The notes: generated from the sequence alone by a model not told the origin. Shown: positions 9,665-18,395, counted from the stretch's first letter. The stretch is 64,000 bases of DNA from Candidatus Omnitrophota bacterium (GCA_016934335.1 JAFGTC010000267.1:10-64009), one strand, 5' to 3'. Program-made: numbers and translations.

Positions 9665-9832
9665 TAGCATGGCGTTTTGCGATTTTATTGAATTGATACA
9701 ATAGCATTTTGCTATGATAATATCTATCTCCCGCCTAAAGTCATTATCTTTATCTCATTTTTAATGAACATGTTATGTGTTTATAATTTCAAATCCTTCT
9801 AATTGGTATGTTTCTTGATTGTCTATATAACC

Positions 9833-10231
9833 ATGAAAGTCGCTATCCCGATTTGGAACCATAGGATCTCTCCCGTTTTCGATTGCGCCCGAAAAATGAT
9901 CGTGGTGGACATCGAAGAGGGCGGAGAACGCCAGCGCACAGAATACAATCTGGATGAGCTCCTTTTTTTACAACGGGCCAGCTATTTGAAAAAATTGAAC
10001 ATCGACATTTTGATCTGCGGCGCCATATCCAGGCCGCTGGAAGAATTAATACAAACAAAAGGCATCAAGATTGTTTCATACCTTTGCGGTAATGTGGAGG
10101 AAATTTTGCAGGCTTTGTGCAATGACAGACTTTCTCAAGATCAATTTTTGATGCCCGGGTGCTGCGGCCGGAGGCGGTCTCGGTTTCGACATCGAGGATC
10201 GCGCTGCCGTAAGAAAGGAGCAACAGCATGA
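9833..10231 (+). CDS. NifX/NifB-C-terminal-like (dinitrogenase FeMo-cofactor-binding family fold) protein, Cys/Arg-rich C-terminal tail
   Basis: MKVAIPIWNHRISPVFDCARKMIVVD ... ILICGAISRPL is the family pattern. The tail reads GCCGRRRSRFRHRGSRCRKKG. The ORF opens with TTG at 9803; the ATG at 9833 is preferred. Confidence 0.6.
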   Translation: MKVAIPIWNHRISPVFDCARKMIVVDIEEGGERQRTEYNLDELLFLQRASYLKKLNIDILICGAISRPLEELIQTKGIKIVSYLCGNVEEILQALCNDRLSQDQFLMPGCCGRRRSRFRHRGSRCRKKGATA

Positions 10232-10590
10232 AAATCGCCGTCAGTTCGCAGGGCGAGACATTGCAAAGCCAAGTGGATCCCCGTTTTGGCCGGGCGCGCT
10301 ATTTTTTAGTAATCGATCCGGAAACGAAGGAATTTACCTGCCATGACAACGTCCAGAATTTAAACGCCGCTCAGGGGGCGGGCATTCAAGCCGCCCGCAA
10401 TGTGATCAACCTGGGCGTCGAGGGCGTCATCACGGGCAACCTGGGCCCTAAAGCGTTTGCGACCTTGAATGCCGGAAACATCGCCATGTATATCGGCGCC
10501 AAAGGAACTGTTCAAGATGCAATCGATCAACTTCAAGCCGGCCGACTACAGGCCGTGAGCCAGCCGAACGTAGAAGGTCATTGGGTGTAG
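10228..10590 (+). CDS. NifX/NafY-like dinitrogenase iron-molybdenum cofactor family protein
   Basis: MKIAVSSQGETLQSQVDPRFGRARYFLVIDPETKEF...GVEGVITGNLGPKAF. ATGA overlap with the upstream gene. Confidence 0.7.
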   Translation: MKIAVSSQGETLQSQVDPRFGRARYFLVIDPETKEFTCHDNVQNLNAAQGAGIQAARNVINLGVEGVITGNLGPKAFATLNAGNIAMYIGAKGTVQDAIDQLQAGRLQAVSQPNVEGHWV

Positions 10591-10596
10591 ATTTAT

Positions 10597-11475
10597 ATGA
10601 AGTCGTATTTGGAGTGTATTCCCTGTTTTGTTCGCCAGACGCTCGAATCCGTTTCTATGGTTTCCGAGGAGGAATCGGTTCGAGAAGAAGTGCTTCGAAG
10701 CGTTTTGCTTGATGTCAGCAGCATGGATCTGAGCGATCCGCCGCCGCTTATGGGGCAGCGCATTCATCGCTTGATTCGTGAAAAAACAAACATTCTTGAT
10801 CCCTACAGCGCCGTCAAGAAGCAATATAACCAAGCCGTCTTAGCGCGTTACGATCGGTTTCAATCGCAAATTCAAAACGCCGCCGATCCGCTTGAAACGG
10901 CGATTCGATTGGCCATCGCCGGCAACATTATCGATTGCGGCGCGTTTGCCGACCTCAATGAAGCCGCCGTGAAAAAATCGATCGAAAGCGCATTGAATGA
11001 ACCGCTGCTTTGGGATCGGAATGAATTTCGCAAGGCGGTCGACGACGCCGAATCCATTTTGTACCTGGCTGACAATGCGGGGGAAATAGTGTTCGATCGG
11101 CTGCTCATCGAGCAATTGCCCATGGAAAAAATTACGGTCGCCGTGCGCGGATATCCGATTCTCAACGACGTCACCCTTGCCGACGCGCAGGAAGTCGGAT
11201 TGATGGATATGGTCGACGTCATCGATAACGGCTCTGATGCGCCCGGTACGATTTTATCCGATTGCCGCGAAGATTTTGTCAAGCGATTTCATGAAAGCGA
11301 TTTGATATTCGCCAAAGGTCAAGGCAACTATGAAACTTTAAGCGACGCCGGCCGGGATATTTTCTTTTTACTGAAAGCGAAATGCCCCGTGATCGCCAGA
11401 GACATCGGCTGCAAAGTCGGGGCGTTGATATTGAAGAGAACCTTCGCTGCGGCGCCGGTCGCGGCGGAGATCTAA
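10597..11475 (+). CDS. DUF89 family protein (ARMT1-like metal-dependent phosphatase fold)
   Basis: N-terminus MKSYLECIPCFVRQTLE and overall length are typical of DUF89 proteins. Confidence 0.6.
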   Translation: MKSYLECIPCFVRQTLESVSMVSEEESVREEVLRSVLLDVSSMDLSDPPPLMGQRIHRLIREKTNILDPYSAVKKQYNQAVLARYDRFQSQIQNAADPLETAIRLAIAGNIIDCGAFADLNEAAVKKSIESALNEPLLWDRNEFRKAVDDAESILYLADNAGEIVFDRLLIEQLPMEKITVAVRGYPILNDVTLADAQEVGLMDMVDVIDNGSDAPGTILSDCREDFVKRFHESDLIFAKGQGNYETLSDAGRDIFFLLKAKCPVIARDIGCKVGALILKRTFAAAPVAAEI

Positions 11476-11537
11476 GAACGGCGTTCTGCGCCATAAATGC
11501 TTCATTGAGAACATAGGTATGAAAGGAGGTCTTTATC

Positions 11538-11924
11538 ATGCCTAGAGGTGATGGAACAGGCCCTGGAGGGCTGGGACCCATGACGGGACGCGCGGCGGGC
11601 TTCTGCGCCGGCTATTCAGTTCCAGGCTATATGAATCCCGGTTTCGGATTTGGCTTTGGATGGCGCGGGCGCGGCGGTGGACGAGGGCGGCGCAACCGTT
11701 TCTTTGCAACAGGATTGACCGGATGGCAGAGGAATGCTTATGCATGGCCCGCCTACGCTCCTCCCGCACCCGTCTATCCTCCCTTTCAGGGAACGACGCC
11801 TGTCAATCCACAGACTCGCGATCAAGAGATCGATGCGTTGAAAGGACAGGCCGAGTATTTTCAAGATGCGTTAGATGGAATCAATAAACGGATTGCCGAA
11901 TTAGAAAAACAATCCGACGCCTAA
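11538..11924 (+). CDS. DUF5320 family protein
   Basis: Characteristic N-terminus MPRGDGTGPGGLGPMTGRAAGFCAGY, a Gly/Arg-rich middle, and a C-terminal coiled coil (EIDALKGQAEYFQDALDGINKRIAELEKQ). Strong AAAGGAGG RBS. Confidence 0.6.
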   Translation: MPRGDGTGPGGLGPMTGRAAGFCAGYSVPGYMNPGFGFGFGWRGRGGGRGRRNRFFATGLTGWQRNAYAWPAYAPPAPVYPPFQGTTPVNPQTRDQEIDALKGQAEYFQDALDGINKRIAELEKQSDA

Positions 11925-11998
11925 CCTGACCGTTGTGCGCCGGAATGATTGTGATTCACATTGATTCCGGCGCGCCGTTTTATTTTGGAAGAAGGTGT

Positions 11999-12682
11999 AT
12001 GATGAAAATAGCTATTACTGCCAAAGAAGCCTCTTTGGATTCGAATGTGGATCCCCGTCTGGGACGCTGTATGCATATGGCTCTCATCGATCTATCGAAT
12101 GGGAGTCATGAGTTTATTGAGAATCCCAATGCGGGGGCGGCCAGCGGCGCCGGGATTCAAACGGCGCGCCTGCTGGCGGAAAAAGGCGTTCAAGTTGTGC
12201 TGACGGGAAACTGCGGGCCCAATGCGCATGAAACGCTGCGCGCGGCGGGCATCGACGTGATTGTCGGCGTCAGCGGACCGATTCAAGCCGTGATCGAGCA
12301 GTTTCAAGCCAATTCTTTTACGCCCGCTCAAAGCCCCAATGTCGACGCTCATGCCGGAATGCAGCAAACCGCTGAGATGGATTCAGCCAATGAAACGAGC
12401 AATCCGACTGGAGGCATGGGGCAAGGACAAGGAATGATTGGAGGACAGGATATGAATCAAGGTCAAGGCATGGGCCAAGGCGGCGGCATGGGCCGGGGCG
12501 GCGGTATGGGCCAAGGCGGCGGCATGGGCCAAGGCGGCGGTATGGGTCAAGGCGGCGGCATGGGCCGAGGCGGCGGCATGGGCCGAGGCGGCGGTATGGG
12601 CCGGGGCGGCGGCAGGGGTCGAGGCGGCGGCGGGGGTCGAGGCGGCGGCGGGGGTCGAGGCGGCGGCGGCCGCGGTCGATGA
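11999..12682 (+). CDS. NifX-like domain protein with C-terminal (MGQGGG)n / RGG low-complexity tail
   Basis: MMKIAITAKEASLDSNVDPRLGRCMHMALIDL...GVQVVLTGNCGPNA. Then about 11 repeats of MG(Q/R)GGG followed by GRGGGGG repeats. GGAAGAAGG RBS upstream. Confidence 0.6.
   Translation: MMKIAITAKEASLDSNVDPRLGRCMHMALIDLSNGSHEFIENPNAGAASGAGIQTARLLAEKGVQVVLTGNCGPNAHETLRAAGIDVIVGVSGPIQAVIEQFQANSFTPAQSPNVDAHAGMQQTAEMDSANETSNPTGGMGQGQGMIGGQDMNQGQGMGQGGGMGRGGGMGQGGGMGQGGGMGQGGGMGRGGGMGRGGGMGRGGGRGRGGGGGRGGGGGRGGGGRGR
12470..12667 (+). repeat. Coding tandem repeat, 18-nt unit (atgggccaaggcggcggc) x ~11, degenerating into gggggtcgaggcggcggc units
   Basis: Direct inspection: consecutive 18-nt units with 0-3 substitutions encode the MGQGGG/MGRGGG/GGRGRGG tail of the NifX-like protein. 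Confidence 0.85.
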
Positions 12683-12759
12683 CAATAATTGAACGGGGCG
12701 ACAGAATCAATCGATCTGGCGAAAAGTTTTGCTGCAGGCTTACATGGTGATTTATATCT

Positions 12760-13626
12760 ATGAGAATTGCAATTGCTAGCGGAAAAGGCGGTACAGGAAA
12801 AACCACCATTTCCTCCAATTTAGCTTATACAGAAGCAAAAAAGGGGAAAAAGGTCGTCTATGTAGACTGCGATGTTGAAGAGCCCAACGGACATTTATTT
12901 TTGAAGCCGGAAATTGTGTCGACTCGCCCCGTAGGGATCATGGTTCCCTCCGTTGATCAAGATTTATGCAATCATTGCGGATTATGCGGTCAAATCTGCG
13001 AATACAGCGCGATCGTGTGTTTGGGATCGGAGACGCTTGTGTTTCCCGAGATGTGTCATTCGTGTGGAGGATGCTGGCTGGTGTGCCCTGAGAACGCCAT
13101 TTCGCAAGTTATGAAGGAAATGGGACGGGTTGAGATCGGCCGTGCGGGATCGATAGATTTCGTGCAGGGCGTCTTGAATATCGGCGAGGCGATGAGTCCG
13201 CCCGTCATCCGGGCGGTTAAGAAAGCCATGCCGGAGTCTGAGATTCAAATACTCGATGCGCCGCCCGGGACTTCATGCCCGGTGATCGAAACTATTCGAG
13301 ACTGCGATTATTTGATTTTAGTCACCGAGCCCACGCCGTTTGGTTTAAACGATTTAATCTTGGCGGTCGACATGGTGCGCACCTTACATTATTCGTTCGG
13401 CGTCATCATCAATCGGGCGGATTTGGGATATTCGGATGTGCAGGATTATTGCCGAAGGCAGCACATTCCCATCCTGGCGGAATTTCCCGACGATCGGCGA
13501 GCGGCCGAAGCGTATTCGAAAGGATATTTAGTCAGCGAAGTCATCCCCGAATTCGCCGGATTATTAGACGGCTTGGTCGACCGAATCCAATTCGAACTTG
13601 AGAGCGATAAGGTAGGCGCATCATGA
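12760..13626 (+). CDS. MinD/ParA-family P-loop ATPase with 2x[4Fe-4S] ferredoxin insert
   Basis: Deviant Walker A ASGKGGTGKTT. Two Cys clusters CNHCGLCGQICEYSAI and CHSCGGCWLVCPENAI. A second nucleotide-binding region DAPPGTSCP. Confidence 0.75.
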   Translation: MRIAIASGKGGTGKTTISSNLAYTEAKKGKKVVYVDCDVEEPNGHLFLKPEIVSTRPVGIMVPSVDQDLCNHCGLCGQICEYSAIVCLGSETLVFPEMCHSCGGCWLVCPENAISQVMKEMGRVEIGRAGSIDFVQGVLNIGEAMSPPVIRAVKKAMPESEIQILDAPPGTSCPVIETIRDCDYLILVTEPTPFGLNDLILAVDMVRTLHYSFGVIINRADLGYSDVQDYCRRQHIPILAEFPDDRRAAEAYSKGYLVSEVIPEFAGLLDGLVDRIQFELESDKVGAS

Positions 13627-14561
13627 AAGAAATGGTCATCATCAGCGGAAAAGGCGGAACCGGCAAGACCTCGATTGTCGCCTCATTTGCGGCTTTGGCG
13701 AAAAACTCGGTGCTGGCCGACTGCGATGTAGACGCCGCCGATCTGCATCTCATCCTCGAGCCGGACATCTATTGGAAAGAGAAATTTTCCGGCGGCTCCC
13801 GTGCTCGGATCCTGCCGGGGCATTGCACAGCGTGCGGGAAATGCGAGGAAATATGCCGCTTCGACGCCATTTACTTCGACGGGCCGGGTAACGGCGTGCA
13901 GGAAAAAACCTTTCGCATCGATCCCATCACCTGCGAAGGATGCGGCGTGTGCGCCTGGTTTTGCGCCGAGAAAGCCATCGAATTCGCTCCCGCCGTGAAT
14001 GGCGAATGGTATAAATCGGAAACGCGCTTCGGCCCCATGGTTCACGCGCGCTTAGGGGCGGGGGAGGAAAATTCCGGGAAACTGGTCACTCTGGTTCGAA
14101 AAGAAGCTGGAAAGATCGCCGAAGAAAAAAATATAGACCTGTTGATAGTCGACGGTTCGCCGGGCATCGGCTGCCCCGTCATTGCGTCGATCACCGGCGC
14201 CGATATGGTTGTGATTGTGACGGAGCCGACGTTGAGCGGACTGCATGACCTGAAGCGAGTCGCCAAACTCACTCGACAATTCGACATTCCTACGCTGGCG
14301 TGCATCAACAAGTGGGATTTGAATCCCGAACTCGCCTCCGCGATCGAAAGCGAAGCGCGTCAACAAGAATTAGGATATGCCGGGCGCGTTCGGTATGACA
14401 AAGCCGCCACTCTCTCGCAAATCGAGAAAAAATCGATCGTTGAATATCAGTCCGGTGGAGCGGCGGAGGATATACAAGCAGTCTGGTCAAAAGTGAGATT
14501 GGAATTAGAGAAGTTAGGTGCGTCTGTTTCTAATTCCGTTTTCTCAATTGGAAAATCCTAA
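13623..14561 (+). CDS. MinD/ParA-family P-loop ATPase with 2x[4Fe-4S] ferredoxin insert (paralog)
   Basis: ISGKGGTGKTS. Cys clusters CTACGKCEEICRFDAI and CEGCGVCAWFCAEKAI. Motif DGSPGIGCPV. ATGA overlap with the previous gene. Confidence 0.75.
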   Translation: MKEMVIISGKGGTGKTSIVASFAALAKNSVLADCDVDAADLHLILEPDIYWKEKFSGGSRARILPGHCTACGKCEEICRFDAIYFDGPGNGVQEKTFRIDPITCEGCGVCAWFCAEKAIEFAPAVNGEWYKSETRFGPMVHARLGAGEENSGKLVTLVRKEAGKIAEEKNIDLLIVDGSPGIGCPVIASITGADMVVIVTEPTLSGLHDLKRVAKLTRQFDIPTLACINKWDLNPELASAIESEARQQELGYAGRVRYDKAATLSQIEKKSIVEYQSGGAAEDIQAVWSKVRLELEKLGASVSNSVFSIGKS

Positions 14562-14624
14562 TTCAAAAAATGCGTCAATTCATTTTGTCGCTTTATGTCA
14601 AAGAAAGAACAGGAGACAATAAAC

Positions 14625-14960
14625 ATGAAAATTGCCATTCCCGTGGCCGACGGCCGGTTGTGCGCTCATTTCGGGCATTGCGAAGAATTCGCTGTGATGG
14701 ATGTTGACGATTCGAAAACGATTATAGGTCAGACACGGCATACGCCGCCCATGCACGAACCGGGCGTCTTGCCGCGCTGGCTGCATGAAATGGGAGTCAA
14801 TGTCATTATCGCCGGGGGCATGGGGCAGCGAGCGCAGGCCATCTTCGCCCAGAATGACATCGAAGTCGTGGTCGGCGCGCCCACGGGCGATCCGGAAGAA
14901 ATCGTCCAGAATTATCTGCAAGGGATGATCCAATGCGGCGATAATTTATGCGACCATTAA
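14625..14960 (+). CDS. NifX/NifB-C-terminal-like dinitrogenase FeMo-cofactor family protein
   Basis: MKIAIPVADGRLCAHFGHCEEFAVMDVD...NVIIAGGMGQRA. AGGAGA RBS 8 nt upstream of the ATG at 14625; the longer ORF starting at 14595 is unlikely. Confidence 0.65.
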   Translation: MKIAIPVADGRLCAHFGHCEEFAVMDVDDSKTIIGQTRHTPPMHEPGVLPRWLHEMGVNVIIAGGMGQRAQAIFAQNDIEVVVGAPTGDPEEIVQNYLQGMIQCGDNLCDH

Positions 14961-14979
14961 CAGGGATCTTGTTTTAATA

Positions 14980-15007
14980 AGAATGATTCTTGATTAAGAA
15001 TCATTCT
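14980..15007. terminator. Perfect 12-bp stem hairpin (AGAATGATTCTT-gatt-AAGAATCATTCT) between convergent genes
   Basis: Read directly in the sequence. It lies between the end of the + strand operon (14960) and the end of thrB (15024). No strong U-tract on either side, so it may be a bidirectional or processing hairpin. Confidence 0.45.
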
Positions 15008-15023
15008 GAATTTGGCGGAAAAA

Positions 15024-15938
15024 TCAGAATGACTTGGCTGTCAAGCCTTTATTATCCGCTTTCAAATAACGTATTTCTGATTGCATGCCGTATTGAGCGA
15101 TGACCTGACTCATGGCGTCGCCTACGGCTTCCTTCTTTTCGAGAGTGAGCGCCATTATAGTGGATCCGGATCCGCTGAGATAGGCGCCGATCGCTCCTGC
15201 ATCGCGCGCGGCGCGTATGACGTCAAAAAGGGGAGCGAGCGCGGGGATGGCGGCTTGTCGCTGGGGTTGGTGGAAGCGGTCTTCCAGCAAATCGCCGATC
15301 TGTTCATAATCGCTTTGCGCAAAAGCGGCTGTCAGCAAAATCCCGCGAGTATGCGTGAATATTGCATCTTCGCGGGGCATGGCGGGCGTGAAGACGGTAC
15401 GGGCTTTGTCGGTTTCCACTTCTTTGGCTGGCGAAACGGCGACAAAATCAATGACCGGCGGGATAGGGAATTCGTAATGGACGAGCTGATCGCCGACGAT
15501 TCCCGAAGCGCAGAAGCCTCCGTAATAACAGGGGACGACATTGTCGCTGCAGCCCTCCAGCTCCGCCGCCCATTTGACGATGTCGCTATCGGATCGCTTG
15601 ACGTTGAGCATTCGGTTGAGGCCTTCCAAGACCGCCAGCCGGAACGTGGCGCTGCTGGCCAGTCCGCGAGCGATGGGGATTTTGTTGTCGACGCGGAAGG
15701 TGAAATGGCGCGAGGCCAGGCCGCTGCGCTGGAAAAACCATCGCGCCGCCGCTTTGACCATTTCGAGGCACATTGGCTGCAGAGATGCGCCGCCGCCGCC
15801 GATGACCTCTAATTGGGTTTCTGTTTCGGAGGCTTCCATCTCAAAATAATTGCGCAGAGAAACGGCGATTCCCAGCGTATCGAATCCACTGCCGATATTG
15901 CCGCTCGAAGCCGGAACTGTGATTTTTATCCTGTTCAT
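15024..15938 (-). CDS. thrB: Homoserine kinase (GHMP kinase)
   Basis: N-terminus KITVPASSGNIGSGFDTLGIAVSL and the GHMP motif PIARGLASSAT are ThrB-like. Confidence 0.6.
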   Translation of the reverse strand: MNRIKITVPASSGNIGSGFDTLGIAVSLRNYFEMEASETETQLEVIGGGGASLQPMCLEMVKAAARWFFQRSGLASRHFTFRVDNKIPIARGLASSATFRLAVLEGLNRMLNVKRSDSDIVKWAAELEGCSDNVVPCYYGGFCASGIVGDQLVHYEFPIPPVIDFVAVSPAKEVETDKARTVFTPAMPREDAIFTHTRGILLTAAFAQSDYEQIGDLLEDRFHQPQRQAAIPALAPLFDVIRAARDAGAIGAYLSGSGSTIMALTLEKKEAVGDAMSQVIAQYGMQSEIRYLKADNKGLTAKSF

Positions 15939-16009
15939 GATGGTATTCGCCTATGAGAATATTTTCCTTTTCAATATACATGCCCGATTCAAAACACGAA
16001 GACGCCCGA

Positions 16010-17176
16010 TTATACAGCCAGTCCGGCGGAATACCCCGACGACCAGGCCCATTGAAAATTATGCCCGCCTAAATGCCCGGTTACGTCTACAACCTCGCCA
16101 ATGAAATAGAGTCCCGGAACTTTTTGGGCTTCCATGGTTTTGCTGGATAGTTCGCGCGTATCCACGCCGCCCGAACTCACTTCCGCTTTGGCGTATCCCT
16201 CCGTTCCTTGAGGCGTAAGCGGCCAATTTTCCAACAAGGATTGGAGGCGAGCGAGCTCTTTGGGCGAGTATTGTTTCACCGGTTTATTGGCGGCGCATTT
16301 CTCGCACCATAATTGCGCGAATCGTTTGGGCAGAAAGCCGCTGAGTACGCTGCTGAGCAGTTGATTGTCTTTTTGGCGACCATTCAATAATTGTTGTACA
16401 TCGACATTCGGCAATAGATTGAAATGCAATGTTTCTCCCTCTTTCCAATACGAAGAAATTTGCAAGATAGCCGGGCCGCTGAGCCCGCGATGAGTGAACA
16501 ATACATTTTCCTGAAATTCGATCCGGTTCAGGCGCACAATCGCTTCGAACGACGCCCCGCGCAGGCTTCCCCAAAGCGCTTGATCCTTCTCACTGAAAGT
16601 AAGGGGGACGAGAGCGGGGCGCATTTCCATAATGGATAGGCCGAATTGCCTGGCTGCGCGCAAGCCGAAATCGCTGGCGCCGATTTTGGGGATGGAAAGC
16701 CCGCCTGAGGCGATGACCAGCGAATCGCATTCATAAATTTCCTGCTGTGTTTTTATGCGAAACCGCTGATGTTTTTCGATGGATTGAATATGGCAGTTCA
16801 ATTGGATCTGAACGCGGCTTTGCCTGCATTCGTCCAGAAGCATGTGGATGATTTGCCGTGAACTATCGATGCAGAAAAGTTGGCCGTCCTTCTTTTCGTA
16901 ATATCCGATTTTATGGCGTTCGACCAGGCGGATAAAATCTTGCGGCGTATAGCGATTCAAAGGGGCGTAAACGAATCGTGGATTGGAGGAAAGAAACAAC
17001 TCGGGACAGCAATGTATATTTGTGAAGTTGCAATGCCCGCCGCCGCTGACGGCGATTTTTTGGCCGGCGCGGTCGTTGTGCTCCAGGAGAAGCGCACTGC
17101 GCCCCCGCCGTCCGGCGTGCAGAGCGCAAAATAAACCCGCTGCGCCCCCGCCGACAATGATGACGTCGTATTTCAT
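16010..17176 (-). CDS. NAD(P)/FAD-dependent oxidoreductase, HI0933/BaiN-like flavoprotein
   Basis: MKYDVIIVGGGAAGLFCA dinucleotide-binding motif. The ORF extends upstream to 17305 and would overlap the next gene by 80 nt; the internal ATG at 17176, immediately before the Rossmann motif, is preferred. Confidence 0.65.
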   Translation of the reverse strand: MKYDVIIVGGGAAGLFCALHAGRRGRSALLLEHNDRAGQKIAVSGGGHCNFTNIHCCPELFLSSNPRFVYAPLNRYTPQDFIRLVERHKIGYYEKKDGQLFCIDSSRQIIHMLLDECRQSRVQIQLNCHIQSIEKHQRFRIKTQQEIYECDSLVIASGGLSIPKIGASDFGLRAARQFGLSIMEMRPALVPLTFSEKDQALWGSLRGASFEAIVRLNRIEFQENVLFTHRGLSGPAILQISSYWKEGETLHFNLLPNVDVQQLLNGRQKDNQLLSSVLSGFLPKRFAQLWCEKCAANKPVKQYSPKELARLQSLLENWPLTPQGTEGYAKAEVSSGGVDTRELSSKTMEAQKVPGLYFIGEVVDVTGHLGGHNFQWAWSSGYSAGLAV

Positions 17177-17225
17177 CGAATTTTGAATATTTTTACGCAT
17201 GGAAATGAATGCCGCATGGAGAGAT

Positions 17226-18350
17226 TCACCGATCCTGTTCGGTCTTAGCTGCATTGAGATATTGCTTCCAGACATCGAAAGCCGGGCGCGACTGACCGTT
17301 TTCATCCAACATGCCGCAGTCTTTCCAGACTTTGAAGGCTTCCGGTGAACTGTCTTTGATCTTATCCCACAAGGCGTCGTAGTCTCGAAAGAGAAAGGCG
17401 ATCACAAAAAGATAGTCGTCCTGGTTCGCTCGCTGCAGCAGCGTTTCGATGTAAGTTTTTTGCATTTGCGGATTGCCGGATAGGGTCAGATTGTAAGTGT
17501 CCAATTGGATATCCTCCGCGGGGAAGCCGGTTTCCGTAATTGCAATTGGTTTATCCGTAAATTGGCGCAGCCAGTCGAATGTTTCGAGGGGCCGCTCCGA
17601 TTGGCCGGCCATGAAGGGGTAATAACTGATCCCGGCAATATCGACATAAGGCAGCAGTTCTCGAATTTCCTTCTCTTGTTGTTCGCGATCTTTCCATCCC
17701 GGATTGGTTAAATTGTGCAGGGAAAAAGTGGCGAAAACAGGTAAATTCGGATAGCGCTTTTTGAGGCTTGCATAGGTTTCTTTGTAAAGTTCAAGAAAAG
17801 CGGGCCATTTGTCGGGGGCGTTGTGAAAGAGTTCGTTGATTTCGATGCCGATAGCCAGATAATCGGGCTGAAAATGCTCGACGGCTCTCAAGCAGTAATT
17901 CAAATAAGCTTGTTTGACGATCGGATCGTTGAACGCTTTCTGCTCAAATTCTCGGGGCAGGGGCATGTCGTCGCTTTCTCCGCGATAGAGATCCATTCCA
18001 TTGCGGGCCTCGTTAAGAGGCGTCAGCGATAGAAACAACTTTTTCCCGGCGGCCATATTTTTCCGGCCCTCCCAATCTCCCATCATTTTGGGATGAAACG
18101 GCTTCTCTTGGAGGGCTTCCGTCCAGGGAACGCCTTGCTCGATATGGTGAGAGACAATATCTCCATAGCGCGTGATTTGCCGGTTGGTTGTGATGATGGC
18201 GGTAACCGAGAAATCCCACGGAAAGGGAGTGAATCCCATAGAATAGCCGCGGTTCATTACTGTTTTGCCGGATTGATCGGAATGATTGGAGCAGGATGAT
18301 AAGAATCCTATCAAACAAATCAGAAGCAAGGCAGGTTTCCAAACAGACAT
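17226..18350 (-). CDS. Lipoprotein glycoside hydrolase, clan GH-A (GH5/GH113-like TIM barrel)
   Basis: Signal peptide with a lipobox (LIGFLSSC). A GIEINE segment is candidate acid/base and IAITETGFP candidate nucleophile, as in clan GH-A. Confidence 0.45.
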   Translation of the reverse strand: MSVWKPALLLICLIGFLSSCSNHSDQSGKTVMNRGYSMGFTPFPWDFSVTAIITTNRQITRYGDIVSHHIEQGVPWTEALQEKPFHPKMMGDWEGRKNMAAGKKLFLSLTPLNEARNGMDLYRGESDDMPLPREFEQKAFNDPIVKQAYLNYCLRAVEHFQPDYLAIGIEINELFHNAPDKWPAFLELYKETYASLKKRYPNLPVFATFSLHNLTNPGWKDREQQEKEIRELLPYVDIAGISYYPFMAGQSERPLETFDWLRQFTDKPIAITETGFPAEDIQLDTYNLTLSGNPQMQKTYIETLLQRANQDDYLFVIAFLFRDYDALWDKIKDSSPEAFKVWKDCGMLDENGQSRPAFDVWKQYLNAAKTEQDR

Positions 18351-18395
18351 GCCGGCCTCCCCATTTTAGTTTGCTGCTGCGGATCGGCGCAAAAA

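Noticed and set aside
12470-12667. Regularly spaced 18-nt repeats considered as a possible CRISPR array or other non-coding tandem repeat
   Set aside because: The units are contiguous with no spacers. They sit inside a long in-frame ORF and encode a Gly/Met/Arg-rich tail. There is no cas gene or leader.
12318-12818. 166-aa minus-strand ORF with PCRRLGPCRRLG repeats; also 12383-12685
   Set aside because: It is an antisense artefact of the 18-nt (MGQGGG) tandem repeat in the + strand NifX-like gene; the repeat periodicity creates open frames in several phases.
17177-17305. 80-nt overlap between the flavoprotein ORF start (17305) and the end of the lipoprotein glycosidase (17226)
   Set aside because: The Rossmann motif MKYDVIIVGGG starts at the internal ATG (17176); the upstream 43 codons are likely non-coding, which removes the overlap.
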